Shown here in pieces: positions 38,201 through 48,173 of a stretch of 64,000 nucleotides of DNA. The stretch's first letter is position 1, and every line of letters begins with the position of its first letter. Both the position numbers and the translations under genes were made by a program. The DNA lies in the IMG/VR virus record IMGVR_UViG_3300021959_006017, positions 1 through 64,000 of that record; one strand, given 5' to 3'. The notes beneath the pieces were generated by a model. That model saw only the letters and a list, made by a program, of their open reading frames with translations. It did no database searches and had not been told where the DNA came from.

Positions 38201-39781
38201 ATGAGTAAGAGTTTAGATGGCGTATTAACTAAAAAAGCCAACACTAAAGAAACATATACAGAAGAACAAATACAGGATCTAATGCAGTGTATGGATCCTG
38301 AAAAAGGCTATCTGTATTTTGCAAGTAAGTTTGCATATATCCAACATCCTGTAAAAGGAAAACTACTATTCGAACCTTACGAATATCAACTAGGGTTAAT
38401 GGATACATATCATAACTATCGCTTTAACATTAATATGATGCCTAGACAAACAGGTAAAACTACTTGTGCCGCAATTTATCTTGCTTGGTATGCAATGTTT
38501 AATCCAGATCAAACTATACTTATTGCCGCACACAAATACACAGGTGCGCAGGAGATTATGGCACGTATTCGTTATGTGTATGAAACGTGTCCAGATCATA
38601 TTAGAGCAGGTGTTACTTCATATAACAAAGGTAGCATAGAGTTTGAGAATGGATCACGTATTGTAAGTCAGACAACAACAGGCAACACAGGACGTGGTAT
38701 GTCAATCTCGCTACTATACTGTGACGAGTTTGCGTTCGTACAGCCTAACATTGCTGAAGAGTTTTGGACGTCAATATCACCTACACTAGCAACAGGTGGT
38801 CGTGCTATTATTACTAGTACACCAAACTCAGACGAAGATACATTTGCTACTATTTGGAAACAAGCAGAACAACGGTTTGACGATCACGGCAACGAAAGTG
38901 ATCTTGGCATCAATGGCTTCCGTTCATTTATAGCACACTGGAGTGAACATCCCGATCGTGACGAGAAATGGAAGGCAGATGAGATCGGACGTATCGGTGA
39001 AGAAAAGTTTAGACGTGAATATGGTTGCGAGTTCTTAGTATTTGACGAAACTCTCATTAATAGTATAAAACTAAGTGCTATGGAAGGCGGCAGTCCTATA
39101 CTTAACATGGGGCAAACACGTTGGTATAAGAAGCCGACAAGTCAATACACATATGCAGTAGCACTTGATCCTAGTATGGGTACAGGAGGCGACTATGCGG
39201 CAATTCAAGTTATAGAACTTCCAACATACGAGCAAGTAGGAGAATGGCAGCATAACCAAACAGCTATTCCCGGACAAATAAGAGTACTTGCAGACATCTG
39301 TACATACATTGCAAATGAAACTAAAAATCCAAATGGAGTTTATTGGAGTGTAGAAAATAACGGCATCGGCGAAGCAGCACTAATCGTTATAAACGATTTC
39401 GGGGAAGAGAATATACCGGGACTTTTTGTCTCTGAACCTATTCGCAAAGGACATGTGCGCAAGTTCCGCAAAGGGTTTAATACTACACACAGCACAAAGA
39501 TTACAGCATGTAGTCGTTTAAAAACTATGATTGAAAACGATAAAATGACTGTACACAGCAAACCATTAATATCTGAACTCAAAGGTTTTATAGCATCAGC
39601 AAGTAGCTATCAAGCAAAACCGGGAATGACAGACGATTTAGTAAGTGCAACACTACTTGCTATAAGAATGATGGACGTATTAAAAGATTGGGATCCGCGG
39701 GTATATAACTCATTCAATCAAGCAGAAGATCTTGAGGATTATGAGATGCCCATGCCAATCTTTATTAGCAGCAACTATTGA
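38201..39781 (+). CDS. gp17: Terminase large subunit
   Basis: YEYQ (Q motif), PRQTGKTT Walker A, LLYCDEFAF Walker B, ITSTPN, FRREYGCEF, LDPSMG.GGDY, VENN, DDLVSA; start ATG 38201 behind AGTAAATA. Confidence 0.95.
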   Translation: MSKSLDGVLTKKANTKETYTEEQIQDLMQCMDPEKGYLYFASKFAYIQHPVKGKLLFEPYEYQLGLMDTYHNYRFNINMMPRQTGKTTCAAIYLAWYAMFNPDQTILIAAHKYTGAQEIMARIRYVYETCPDHIRAGVTSYNKGSIEFENGSRIVSQTTTGNTGRGMSISLLYCDEFAFVQPNIAEEFWTSISPTLATGGRAIITSTPNSDEDTFATIWKQAEQRFDDHGNESDLGINGFRSFIAHWSEHPDRDEKWKADEIGRIGEEKFRREYGCEFLVFDETLINSIKLSAMEGGSPILNMGQTRWYKKPTSQYTYAVALDPSMGTGGDYAAIQVIELPTYEQVGEWQHNQTAIPGQIRVLADICTYIANETKNPNGVYWSVENNGIGEAALIVINDFGEENIPGLFVSEPIRKGHVRKFRKGFNTTHSTKITACSRLKTMIENDKMTVHSKPLISELKGFIASASSYQAKPGMTDDLVSATLLAIRMMDVLKDWDPRVYNSFNQAEDLEDYEMPMPIFISSNY

Positions 39782-39791
39782 TAAATACAGT

Positions 39792-41600
39792 ATGAGAGAA
39801 TTTAGTAAAATAGGCGAAGAGTTATTCAACAAGTTACGCGGAAGATTTCCAAGCGTAACTATTGGTGATGCTGAAGGTAACGTTACTAACGAACCTATTG
39901 CAGCAAGATACTTTGACTTTGATTACAAAGGCTTAGGTAAAGTAAGTGTTAACTTAGATGAAGATGAAGGATTAACTGTTATCTTTTCTAAAGACTTTGC
40001 AGAAGGTACTTCAGATGTAATCAAAAAAGGATGGCACGACTTTTTGAAAGAACTTCGTGTGTTTGGTAAAAAGCGTATGTTGGACTTTAGTGTACGTGAT
40101 ATTACTAAATCAAACTTAGATAAAAGAGATTATAAATTTTTAGCAACAAATCGCTCTGGGGACGATAAAATGACAGAATCAAAACTATATGGAACAAGCC
40201 GCGTTAGTTATCAAAACGTAGGCGAAGCACGTATTATGATTAAGCACACAGAGAGTGTAAATCAAGAAAGTGCAACAGGACGCATACAAAAGATTGGTAA
40301 GATCTACATTGAATCACCAGAAGGTGAACGTTTTAAATATCCATACAAGCATCTAAGTGGTGCAAGAGCAATGGCTATGCATGTAAGTGAAGGCGGCAAC
40401 GCATATGATGACTTTGGTAAGCACATTGTAGGACTTTCAGAAGAACTAGCAAAGCTACGCAAGTTTAAAACCTATATGGGCCGTTCAGCTGTAATGGCAG
40501 AAAGTCTAGCAGGATATGTAGACATTGTCAAAGAGCGTATTACAACAGTTAAGAAAACAATAGAAGGTTTGCAAAAGCCAGCATACTACAAAGAAGCATT
40601 TGAAAGTTTTAATCCCCCAGTACTAGAAGATGTTCCGAATGATGTTGCTGAAAACTGGATTGATGAGCTAACTATCAAACAGTTTAACGAAGAACTACAA
40701 GATATATTCCCTTACATTTACAACCTAGTAAAAGAAGGCACAAAAGCAAAAGAACTAGGACCAGAAGATTTAGAAGAAGTTGCAGGCCCAGAAAACTGCT
40801 GGCCCGGACATAGAAAAGTCGGCACCAAGCCGGGCACAGGTAAAAACAAAGGCAAGCGTGTAAACGACTGCGAAAAAATACCAGAAGAGATTGAACTAGA
40901 GCAAGGCTTTGAAGAAATGATGGGCCAATTTAGCGAAAGCGAACCAACTATTAGTCAAATGAGTGACGACGATTTAGCAGATTATTTAGGCGTTGATGTA
41001 GCAGAAGTAAAGGCTGATAGAGAGGCAGCAGAGGAAGCAGCAAACGAAAAATCAATGGATCAGTTTGCAGAAGGTATTGATCCCAAAAGTGCATTAGACG
41101 CTATTATGAAGAAAGATCCAGGTGACGAAGGTATCGGTTATGTGTTTGACAAATTTGCAAGCAGAATGTCTGATGAAGATGCAGATGAACTTGCAAAAGA
41201 ATTAGCAGAATTTTATCCAGAATGGTACGAACAACACTATCAAGACGAAGGCAATGCATATGCACACGCTGTAAAGCAAGCCAAAATGAACGGCAAGAAA
41301 AAAGGCGACAAAGTTGACGGTCCAGACGGCGACGAGATTACACTTGAAAAGGACAAAAAGGCACCATTAGGCGAGTTCATATTATCGTATTACGACAGAG
41401 AAACAGGCGAGTTCCCTAAAGGCGAAACCGCTGTACTTACCATGGTAGAGAAAGATTACGGCGAGCAGTTCATAGAACCTGCTAAGGCGTTTATCGAAAA
41501 GATTACCCAAACTTTTGAAGAGTATCAGATGCGTACACAACCACAGCAGTTGGATACACAAGAGTTTGACAGAATGAGAGAGTTAGCAGGTTTACGTTAA
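39792..41600 (+). CDS. Conserved hypothetical (probable head-associated) protein
   Basis: Start MREFSK at 39792 behind GATAAATA; block EGERFKYPYKHLSGARAMAMHV..GG..YD.FG; acidic modular C-half; ends RMRELAGLR. Confidence 0.55.
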   Translation: MREFSKIGEELFNKLRGRFPSVTIGDAEGNVTNEPIAARYFDFDYKGLGKVSVNLDEDEGLTVIFSKDFAEGTSDVIKKGWHDFLKELRVFGKKRMLDFSVRDITKSNLDKRDYKFLATNRSGDDKMTESKLYGTSRVSYQNVGEARIMIKHTESVNQESATGRIQKIGKIYIESPEGERFKYPYKHLSGARAMAMHVSEGGNAYDDFGKHIVGLSEELAKLRKFKTYMGRSAVMAESLAGYVDIVKERITTVKKTIEGLQKPAYYKEAFESFNPPVLEDVPNDVAENWIDELTIKQFNEELQDIFPYIYNLVKEGTKAKELGPEDLEEVAGPENCWPGHRKVGTKPGTGKNKGKRVNDCEKIPEEIELEQGFEEMMGQFSESEPTISQMSDDDLADYLGVDVAEVKADREAAEEAANEKSMDQFAEGIDPKSALDAIMKKDPGDEGIGYVFDKFASRMSDEDADELAKELAEFYPEWYEQHYQDEGNAYAHAVKQAKMNGKKKGDKVDGPDGDEITLEKDKKAPLGEFILSYYDRETGEFPKGETAVLTMVEKDYGEQFIEPAKAFIEKITQTFEEYQMRTQPQQLDTQEFDRMRELAGLR

Positions 41601-41645
41601 TCTGCTAACACTCATAAGTTTTATTTCTTTTTCTTTAAAAAAGAC

Positions 41646-41673
41646 TTGACAAATGTTATAGCGATGTTATACT
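41646..41673 (+). promoter_or_regulatory. Sigma70-type promoter TTGACA-N16-TATACT with extended -10 TG
   Basis: Upstream AT-rich tract; drives the ssb-uvsX-uvsY unit. Confidence 0.7.
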
Positions 41674-41754
41674 AATAACTGTGCTATAACACTTAAAGGC
41701 ACTAGTAGCAATGTAGCTACTGCACATAGGCATAACATTTAGGAGGCATATACT

Positions 41755-42756
41755 ATGGCATCATTAGCAGAAATCCGAGCAAAGCTCAAAGAACAAGAGA
41801 ACCGTCAATCAGGTGGTTCAAGCGGCCCAAGCGGTCCAAACCCAATTTACCCATTTTGGAATATGAAAGAAGGCGAGAGTGCAACTCTACGTTTCCTTCC
41901 TGATGGTAACGCAGACAACACTTTCTTTTGGAAAGAGCGTTTGGTTATTAAACTTCCATTTGCTGGTGTAAAAGGTGAAACAGATTCACGTCCAGTACAA
42001 GTACAGATTCCATGTATGGAAATGTATGGCGAGTCATGTAACATTCTTAATGAAGTACGTGGCTGGTTCAAAGACCCTGCATTAGAAGATATGGGTCGTA
42101 AGTATTGGAAAAAGCGTTCTTACATTTTCCAAGGCTTTGTAACAGATAATCCACTAGCAGACGATGAAGCACCTGAGAATCCAATCAGACGCTTTATTAT
42201 TGGTCCACAAATCTTCCAGATCATTAAGCAGGCGCTTATGGATCCAGACATGGAAGAATTGCCAACAGATTACACAGCAGGTGTAGACTTCCGTCTTAAC
42301 AAAACTTCAAAAGGCGGATATGCAGACTACTCAACATCAAATTGGGCACGTAGAGATCGTCCGCTTGGTGATGCAGAGATGGCAGCAGTCAACACACATG
42401 GGTTGTTTGATCTAAATGACTTCTTACCTAAAAAGCCAGACGAAACTGCACAAAAAGTAATGCAGGAAATGTTTGAAGCATCAGTAGACGGAGAAGCATA
42501 TGATGCAGATCGTTGGAGTAATTACTTCCGCCCTGCAGGTATGCAAGCACGTACAGGTGATCCAAACACAGCACCTAGCCCGCAAGCAACGGCTGTAAGT
42601 CAGAGCGCACCTGCTCCGACAGCGGCTCCTGCTCCGGTAGCAGAAACTGCTCCAGCACCAGAAGCAACTCCAGCACCAGCAGCTGAAGCGGCTCCTGCAG
42701 AAGGTGGCAACGCCCAAGACATTCTAGCAATGATTAGAAGCCGTCAAGGACAATAA
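41755..42756 (+). CDS. gp32: Single-stranded DNA-binding protein, T4 gp32-like
   Basis: FW......A.LRFLP, C.E..G..C.I, YW.K.SY, G..IF..I, G.DF.L.K..KGGYADY..S.W; AGGAGG RBS; next to uvsX. Confidence 0.85.
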   Translation: MASLAEIRAKLKEQENRQSGGSSGPSGPNPIYPFWNMKEGESATLRFLPDGNADNTFFWKERLVIKLPFAGVKGETDSRPVQVQIPCMEMYGESCNILNEVRGWFKDPALEDMGRKYWKKRSYIFQGFVTDNPLADDEAPENPIRRFIIGPQIFQIIKQALMDPDMEELPTDYTAGVDFRLNKTSKGGYADYSTSNWARRDRPLGDAEMAAVNTHGLFDLNDFLPKKPDETAQKVMQEMFEASVDGEAYDADRWSNYFRPAGMQARTGDPNTAPSPQATAVSQSAPAPTAAPAPVAETAPAPEATPAPAAEAAPAEGGNAQDILAMIRSRQGQ

Positions 42757-42765
42757 GAGCAAGCT

Positions 42766-42800
42766 AAAAGGGTTGCTTTCGCAAGATGCAACCCTTTATA
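42766..42800 (+). terminator. Stem-loop terminator after ssb
   Basis: AAAGGGTTGC-tttcgcaagat-GCAACCCTTT. Confidence 0.65.
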
Positions 42801-42831
42801 CTTGCCCAGCTTTTTAGATTAGGAGAATAAT

Positions 42832-43923
42832 ATGGCGAATAAAGCATTTGACCCTACGAAGTTTCGAACTTCATTAACTAAATCCATTACAGGCATGAGT
42901 GCAGGGTTTAACGATCCAACTGATTGGATTAGCACTGGTAACTACGCACTCAACTATCTTATCTCAGGAGACTTTAACAAAGGTGTTCCGCTTGGTAAGG
43001 TTACTGTGTTTGCAGGTGAATCAGGCGCAGGTAAATCATATATCTGTTCAGGTAACATTGTAAAGGCAGCACAGGATCAGGGTATCTTTGTAGTACTAAT
43101 TGACTCAGAGAACGCACTTGACGAATCGTGGCTACAGGCACTTGATGTAGACACATCAGAAGATAAACTACTAAAACTTAATATGTCAATGATTGATGAT
43201 GTAGCAAAGACCATTAGTACGTTTATGTCAGACTACAAAGCAATGAACGAAGAAGATCGTCCAAAAGTATTGTTTGTAGTTGACTCACTTGGTATGTTGC
43301 TAACACCTACTGACGTTGATCAGTTTAACAAGGGTGATATGAAAGGTGATATGGGTCGTAAGCCTAAGGCATTGACTTCACTTGTTCGTAACACAGTTAA
43401 TATGATTGGCTCACACAACATTGGACTAGTGTGTACTAATCACACTTACGCATCTCAAGATATGTTTGACCCAGATGACAAGATCTCAGGTGGTCAAGGC
43501 TTTATCTATGCATCATCTATTGTAGTTGCAATGAAGAAGTTGAAACTAAAAGAAGATGAAGATGGCAACAAGATCAGTGAAGTTCGTGGTATTCGTGCAG
43601 GCTGTAAGGTAATGAAGACACGCTATGCAAAACCTTTCGAAGGTGTGCAGGTTAAGATTCCTTATGAAACAGGCATGAATCCATATAGCGGTTTGCTTGA
43701 GCTATTTGAAAAGAAAGGCGTCATTGAAAAGCAAGGTAACAGATTGAAGTATGTTACTACTGACGGCGAAGAAATTCTCGAATACCGTAAAAAATGGGTA
43801 GGCGAGAACCTCGATAAGGTTATGTCAGATTACCTCAGAAAAGAAGCTTCTGTGGTAAATATCGACAACACTGACGAAGAAGCAGTGGTAGATCTTAACG
43901 AGGAAGAATTTGCTAATGAATGA
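42832..43923 (+). CDS. uvsX: RecA-like recombinase UvsX
   Basis: ISTGNYALN..ISG...GVP.G, AGESGAGKS Walker A, IDSENALD, VVDSLG, TNHTY, SGG.G..YASS. Confidence 0.92.
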   Translation: MANKAFDPTKFRTSLTKSITGMSAGFNDPTDWISTGNYALNYLISGDFNKGVPLGKVTVFAGESGAGKSYICSGNIVKAAQDQGIFVVLIDSENALDESWLQALDVDTSEDKLLKLNMSMIDDVAKTISTFMSDYKAMNEEDRPKVLFVVDSLGMLLTPTDVDQFNKGDMKGDMGRKPKALTSLVRNTVNMIGSHNIGLVCTNHTYASQDMFDPDDKISGGQGFIYASSIVVAMKKLKLKEDEDGNKISEVRGIRAGCKVMKTRYAKPFEGVQVKIPYETGMNPYSGLLELFEKKGVIEKQGNRLKYVTTDGEEILEYRKKWVGENLDKVMSDYLRKEASVVNIDNTDEEAVVDLNEEEFANE

Positions 43924-44143
43924 AGAAAATATCGCTGATATCTGGACACTATTTAAAGAATATGTTGACAAAAAACAAGTAGAAATAGTTGCAGAAAAGT
44001 TTATCGATCTTATGGCAGACTATGGTGTAAGTGACGAAACATTAAAAGAGTGCTTAGGAGTAGACAGTGCTCTTGATGAAGCAATACACTACTATTTAGA
44101 TGATGGTGAAGATGTTGACGAAGATGATGAATGGGATGAGTAA
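43916..44143 (+). CDS. Small acidic hypothetical protein
   Basis: Overlaps uvsX stop and uvsY start (translational coupling). Confidence 0.6.
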   Translation: MNEENIADIWTLFKEYVDKKQVEIVAEKFIDLMADYGVSDETLKECLGVDSALDEAIHYYLDDGEDVDEDDEWDE

Positions 44144-44598
44144 TGGGTTGGTATAGCGAGATATCTCGTGATGTTGGTAAAATACCAGATGCAATACAAT
44201 ATTTTGAAACTGAACTAGTACAAGCAAAAGCAGAGTGTAAACTTGTAGGTAATGTTGAAAAAAGTGCAGCCGCAATGCCAGGTATTGTTGAGCATCGATT
44301 TAATCAGCTTCAAGAGATTGAAGCAATCCTTAACTATCTAAATATCGAGCTACGTAGATTACGTAGTTCGTTTTTTAAGAAGTATCTCGAAAACTATCAA
44401 CGAGCTCTGTCTAGCCGTGACGTAGAAAAATACGTTGACGGTGAGGCAGACGTTGTTGATTACGAAAAGATTATCAACGAGTTTGCACTTATGCGTAACA
44501 AATGGTTAGGAGTCTTAAAGGCACTGGACCAGAAGCAATGGCAGATAACTAATGTTGTAAAGCTCAGAGTAGCTGGAATGGAAGATGCAACATTATGA
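44143..44598 (+). CDS. uvsY: Recombination mediator UvsY
   Basis: Helical ~150 aa with Y.E.Y.R.L..RDVEKYVDGE.D, L..LD.K.WQI.N...LR..G. Confidence 0.75.
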   Translation: MGWYSEISRDVGKIPDAIQYFETELVQAKAECKLVGNVEKSAAAMPGIVEHRFNQLQEIEAILNYLNIELRRLRSSFFKKYLENYQRALSSRDVEKYVDGEADVVDYEKIINEFALMRNKWLGVLKALDQKQWQITNVVKLRVAGMEDATL

Positions 44599-45227
44599 AC
44601 TTTTTAATAGCATGTGATCAAACCTATTATGATGACTGGGGTCATGAGCTTCTTAGAAGCATACAGTGGCACAACCCTTGGTTAAAGTTACACTGCCATA
44701 TTGTTAATCCTCAAAACAGAAAAAAAGGATTAACATATGTTGATTATACTACCGAAACAAAAGAATTTACTAGTGAGTCTAATAGGCTAGGATATTTACA
44801 AGCAGTTAGATTTTTAGCAGTTGCAGAAAAGTTTAATGATGAAGATTTTGTAATGACTACAGATGCTGATACTATCTGTACTAGACCTATTATAAAACAG
44901 CACTACCAAGAAGTATGTTCTCAAGTTAATATACTTACACATCAAAAACACGGCGGTTGGTTGTGTGGATTGGTTACATATGGTCGCGGATCTTTTAAAA
45001 AAGATTACGCAGATGCTCTCAAAAGTAAACCATTTGACAAATGGGAAGTAGGCCATGATCAACTAATATTACCAACGTTACAGGATAAGCATCGATTTAG
45101 AATATTAGATAAAAAGTGGATGAGTATTGGTAAACATCGTAACTCTAGTGCATTTTTTACACTAAAAGGTAACGATAGGAATAACAGAAACTTTAGAGCT
45201 GCATACGAATCATTTTTAATACAATGA
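44595..45227 (+). CDS. GT-A-like glycosyltransferase
   Basis: ACDQTYY, Y.QAVRF, TDADT (DxD), W..GHDQ.IL. Confidence 0.55.
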   Translation: MNFLIACDQTYYDDWGHELLRSIQWHNPWLKLHCHIVNPQNRKKGLTYVDYTTETKEFTSESNRLGYLQAVRFLAVAEKFNDEDFVMTTDADTICTRPIIKQHYQEVCSQVNILTHQKHGGWLCGLVTYGRGSFKKDYADALKSKPFDKWEVGHDQLILPTLQDKHRFRILDKKWMSIGKHRNSSAFFTLKGNDRNNRNFRAAYESFLIQ

Positions 45228-46165
45228 ATGTAATAGGTATAGAAAAAGTTTTTAGAACACATCCTTTACCCGGTTTAGACAACTTCAAAGTTGTTTCTTG
45301 GGATGATAAAGAGTCTATTAAAAACGCTGACATTTATATACAAGCAAACATAATGGAGTGCAAACATAGGAAACTACGTCCTATGTATCAATATATTAAA
45401 GATAGCGGAAAACCTTGGATAGTTGCTGAAAGTGCTGTATTCCGTAAAAATATGAAGCAACCTCCTAATCCTATGGCATATCATAGATATAGTTGGTATA
45501 GTTATTATAGAGATGAAGGCTTATACAATAACAAAAATAGGCCTAGTGACAGATGGGATCAAATACAAAGAGATCAAAATATTGAAATAAAAGATTGGCG
45601 GCTAAACTTAGACGGATTTGTAACAGTTATTATGCAACGTCCGGGCGATAGTAGTCTTAAAAATCTTTTGGCAAAACATGGTACTTACGAAAACTTTATT
45701 TCTAATACTATTAAAGAAATAAGAAAAAATACAAAAAGACCTATTAGAATACGTATGCACCCGTTGCGTCAAGATAGACAAAAAGCAATACTTGACAAAC
45801 TAAATCTCAAAGATGTTTATATAAGCGAAAACATACAAGGAGCAAAACTTCTTGAAGGCGGCGACGGACTACAACGAGATTTTGATAATGCATGGGCAGT
45901 AGTCGGATTTAACTCTAATGCATTAACTGAAAGTATTTGTGAAGGAATACCTACGTTTAGTTTGTGTCCTAGTTCAATGGCTTGGGAATGTTCAAATACA
46001 GACTTATCTCAAATAGAAAACCCTAAGTTTTTTGATAGACAACAATGGTTAAACAACCTAGGGTACTGCCAATGGAGAGAAGATGAGATTGCTCAAGGAG
46101 CACCTTATTATCATTTAATGGAAATATATAACGAAGCTAAAAGTTATAGGAAAAATGTTTTATAA
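45224..46165 (+). CDS. Capsule-synthesis (KpsC/KpsS-like) glycosyltransferase 1
   Basis: MQRPGDSSL (QxxxD), RPIRIRMHP, AVVGFNSNALTESICEGIPTF. Confidence 0.6.
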   Translation: MNVIGIEKVFRTHPLPGLDNFKVVSWDDKESIKNADIYIQANIMECKHRKLRPMYQYIKDSGKPWIVAESAVFRKNMKQPPNPMAYHRYSWYSYYRDEGLYNNKNRPSDRWDQIQRDQNIEIKDWRLNLDGFVTVIMQRPGDSSLKNLLAKHGTYENFISNTIKEIRKNTKRPIRIRMHPLRQDRQKAILDKLNLKDVYISENIQGAKLLEGGDGLQRDFDNAWAVVGFNSNALTESICEGIPTFSLCPSSMAWECSNTDLSQIENPKFFDRQQWLNNLGYCQWREDEIAQGAPYYHLMEIYNEAKSYRKNVL

Positions 46166-46721
46166 CATTTGAAAATCTTTCAGCTACTATATTTTTTGTT
46201 TCTTCATTATACATTTTTTTATAATCTTTTTCTCTAGATGTATCAGATTTAACAAATGTACGCAGTAGTTCATTATTGTAAGGTATAGGCATTTCTAAAA
46301 AAGACTCGTGTAAGTTTGTATAATCTATAAGATTATCTACTTTAATATTTCTTGCATGTGCATACATACCCCAGTCGTTTTGATCTTTTGCTCCTCTTAC
46401 AAATGCTTCAAAGCCCTTGGCAACTTTTTTAGGTTTACGTTTTTTATAATAAAAATAAGCACTAATAAGTTTATCCCAAGGATTTCTTTCTACTGCAAAC
46501 TTATAATAGGTTTCCCATTCTTTAGGATATGTATTGGCAATCCATTGCCAGCTTCTATGTCCATTTATTTCGTTTGTATTAATCCGAGGCGTACCGTCAG
46601 CTTTACTTCCTGTACAAATATCAGTTGGTCCGAGATAGTTTACAAGATATTTTTCAATACTGGATCCGGCTGTCTTTCTTGTCTTAACAAATATAAATTT
46701 ATGCTGGTGAGATATGATCAT
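46137..46721 (-). CDS. Sulfotransferase (carbohydrate sulfotransferase family 2-like)
   Basis: FIFVKTRKTAGSSI (5'-PSB) and KFAVERNPWDKLISAY (3'-PB) PAPS-binding motifs; start MIISHQHK at 46721. Confidence 0.8.
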   Translation of the reverse strand: MIISHQHKFIFVKTRKTAGSSIEKYLVNYLGPTDICTGSKADGTPRINTNEINGHRSWQWIANTYPKEWETYYKFAVERNPWDKLISAYFYYKKRKPKKVAKGFEAFVRGAKDQNDWGMYAHARNIKVDNLIDYTNLHESFLEMPIPYNNELLRTFVKSDTSREKDYKKMYNEETKNIVAERFSNVIKHFSYNF

Positions 46722-46747
46722 ATAAATATTTAACTGGAGCGAAGCAA

Positions 46748-47311
46748 ATGGTTCAAAACAAATGGTTGATGAGTTGGGAAACACCCCAACACCTTAAAAA
46801 GAAAAAAGAACTTTTTAATATTGTAGATAGTTATTTAGATTTCAAACCCAAAAGAATATTAGACATAGGGTGCGGACTTGCTAGAGAAAGTGAATACTTT
46901 CAGAAAAAGTATGGCTGTGAACTTTATTTACTAGACGGAGATTTTGGAGATACATCTAGTGTAAGAAGAGAAATAAAGTTTGGAACTGTTGATAACTTTG
47001 CCTTTTATAATAAGATAGATGATTTAAAAAAATCCTGTGATGAAAGAGGAATGAACTATGTATTTGTAAATGCAAACAATATAGATATTCCGTCAGATAT
47101 AAAGTTTGATCTTATTATAAGTAATCTTAGTTGCGGATTTCATTATCCAGCTAATACTTATAAATCACTAGTACAAAAGCATTCTTCTGAAGATACAAAA
47201 GTTATTTTTGATTTACGAAACGGTCAGGATCATCCTGACGTAGAGATATTAGAAATGGTACCTCGTGGAAGATGTAAAAAACATATAAAAGCATCTATTA
47301 GGTTTGTATAA
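46748..47311 (+). CDS. Class I SAM-dependent methyltransferase
   Basis: ILDIGCG motif I, LLDG, KFDLIIS..SCGFHYP; TATAAATA at 46721. Confidence 0.8.
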   Translation: MVQNKWLMSWETPQHLKKKKELFNIVDSYLDFKPKRILDIGCGLARESEYFQKKYGCELYLLDGDFGDTSSVRREIKFGTVDNFAFYNKIDDLKKSCDERGMNYVFVNANNIDIPSDIKFDLIISNLSCGFHYPANTYKSLVQKHSSEDTKVIFDLRNGQDHPDVEILEMVPRGRCKKHIKASIRFV

Positions 47312-47399
47312 TGGATTTAGAAACAACGTACAAAAAAACTGTGCTATTACCGTAACCATAAAAATATAATGCTAGTTAAGTACATACATAAATATCAGT

Positions 47400-48173
47400 A
47401 TGAAAGTAGTATTAGTCACAGGTGGATTTGATCCACTGCACTCAGGACATATTGAGTATTTCAAAGAAGCAAAGAAGTTAGGCGACAAACTAGTTGTTGG
47501 CGTGAATTCAGACGATTGGTTAACACGAAAAAAAGGCAGACCATTTATGACCTTTGAAGAACGTTGTGCTATTATAAAAGAACTAGAAGTAGTTGATCAG
47601 GTTATTGGATTTAACGATCTAGACAACACAGCAAACAAAGCAATCGGCCAAGTAGCAACTATGATTACAGGCGATGACATTATGATCTTTGCCAACGGCG
47701 GAGATCGAACTGATACAACAACTCCGGAATATGAAGTATACGGTAGCTATCGTTGGTGCGAGTTTGCATTTGGCGTAGGCGGCGAAAACAAAATGAACTC
47801 TAGTAGTTGGATACTAGATGAATGGAAAACACAAAAGACAGAACGTGACTGGGGATATTGGCGTGTACTAGATCATAAGCCTGAAAAAGGATATAAGGTA
47901 AAAGAACTTGTAATATATCCTGGAAAAAGTTTAAGCGATCAGAAACACTACAAAAGATCTGAACAATGGATTGTACTTGAAGGGGTAGTTAAGATGGACA
48001 CAGAATGGGACGGCAGATCCGACAGTATTCATTTACAACCTCATACATTACCATATGAAATAGGTAAAGAAGTTTGGCATAAAGCAAGCAACCCCAACGG
48101 TGAAAACGCACACATACTTGAAATACAATGGGGTGGTGTGTGTGTTGAAGAAGATATAGAAAGAAGGGATTAA
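47400..48173 (+). CDS. Cytidylyltransferase-like domain fused to mannose-6-phosphate-isomerase-type cupin
   Basis: TGGFDPLHSGH, GVNSD.WL.RKKG, FANGGDR, K.NSSSWIL; then R.WG.WRVL, KVKEL...PG.SLS.Q.H.KRSE.W, WH...N, EIQ.G...EEDI.R. Confidence 0.82.
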   Translation: MKVVLVTGGFDPLHSGHIEYFKEAKKLGDKLVVGVNSDDWLTRKKGRPFMTFEERCAIIKELEVVDQVIGFNDLDNTANKAIGQVATMITGDDIMIFANGGDRTDTTTPEYEVYGSYRWCEFAFGVGGENKMNSSSWILDEWKTQKTERDWGYWRVLDHKPEKGYKVKELVIYPGKSLSDQKHYKRSEQWIVLEGVVKMDTEWDGRSDSIHLQPHTLPYEIGKEVWHKASNPNGENAHILEIQWGGVCVEEDIERRD

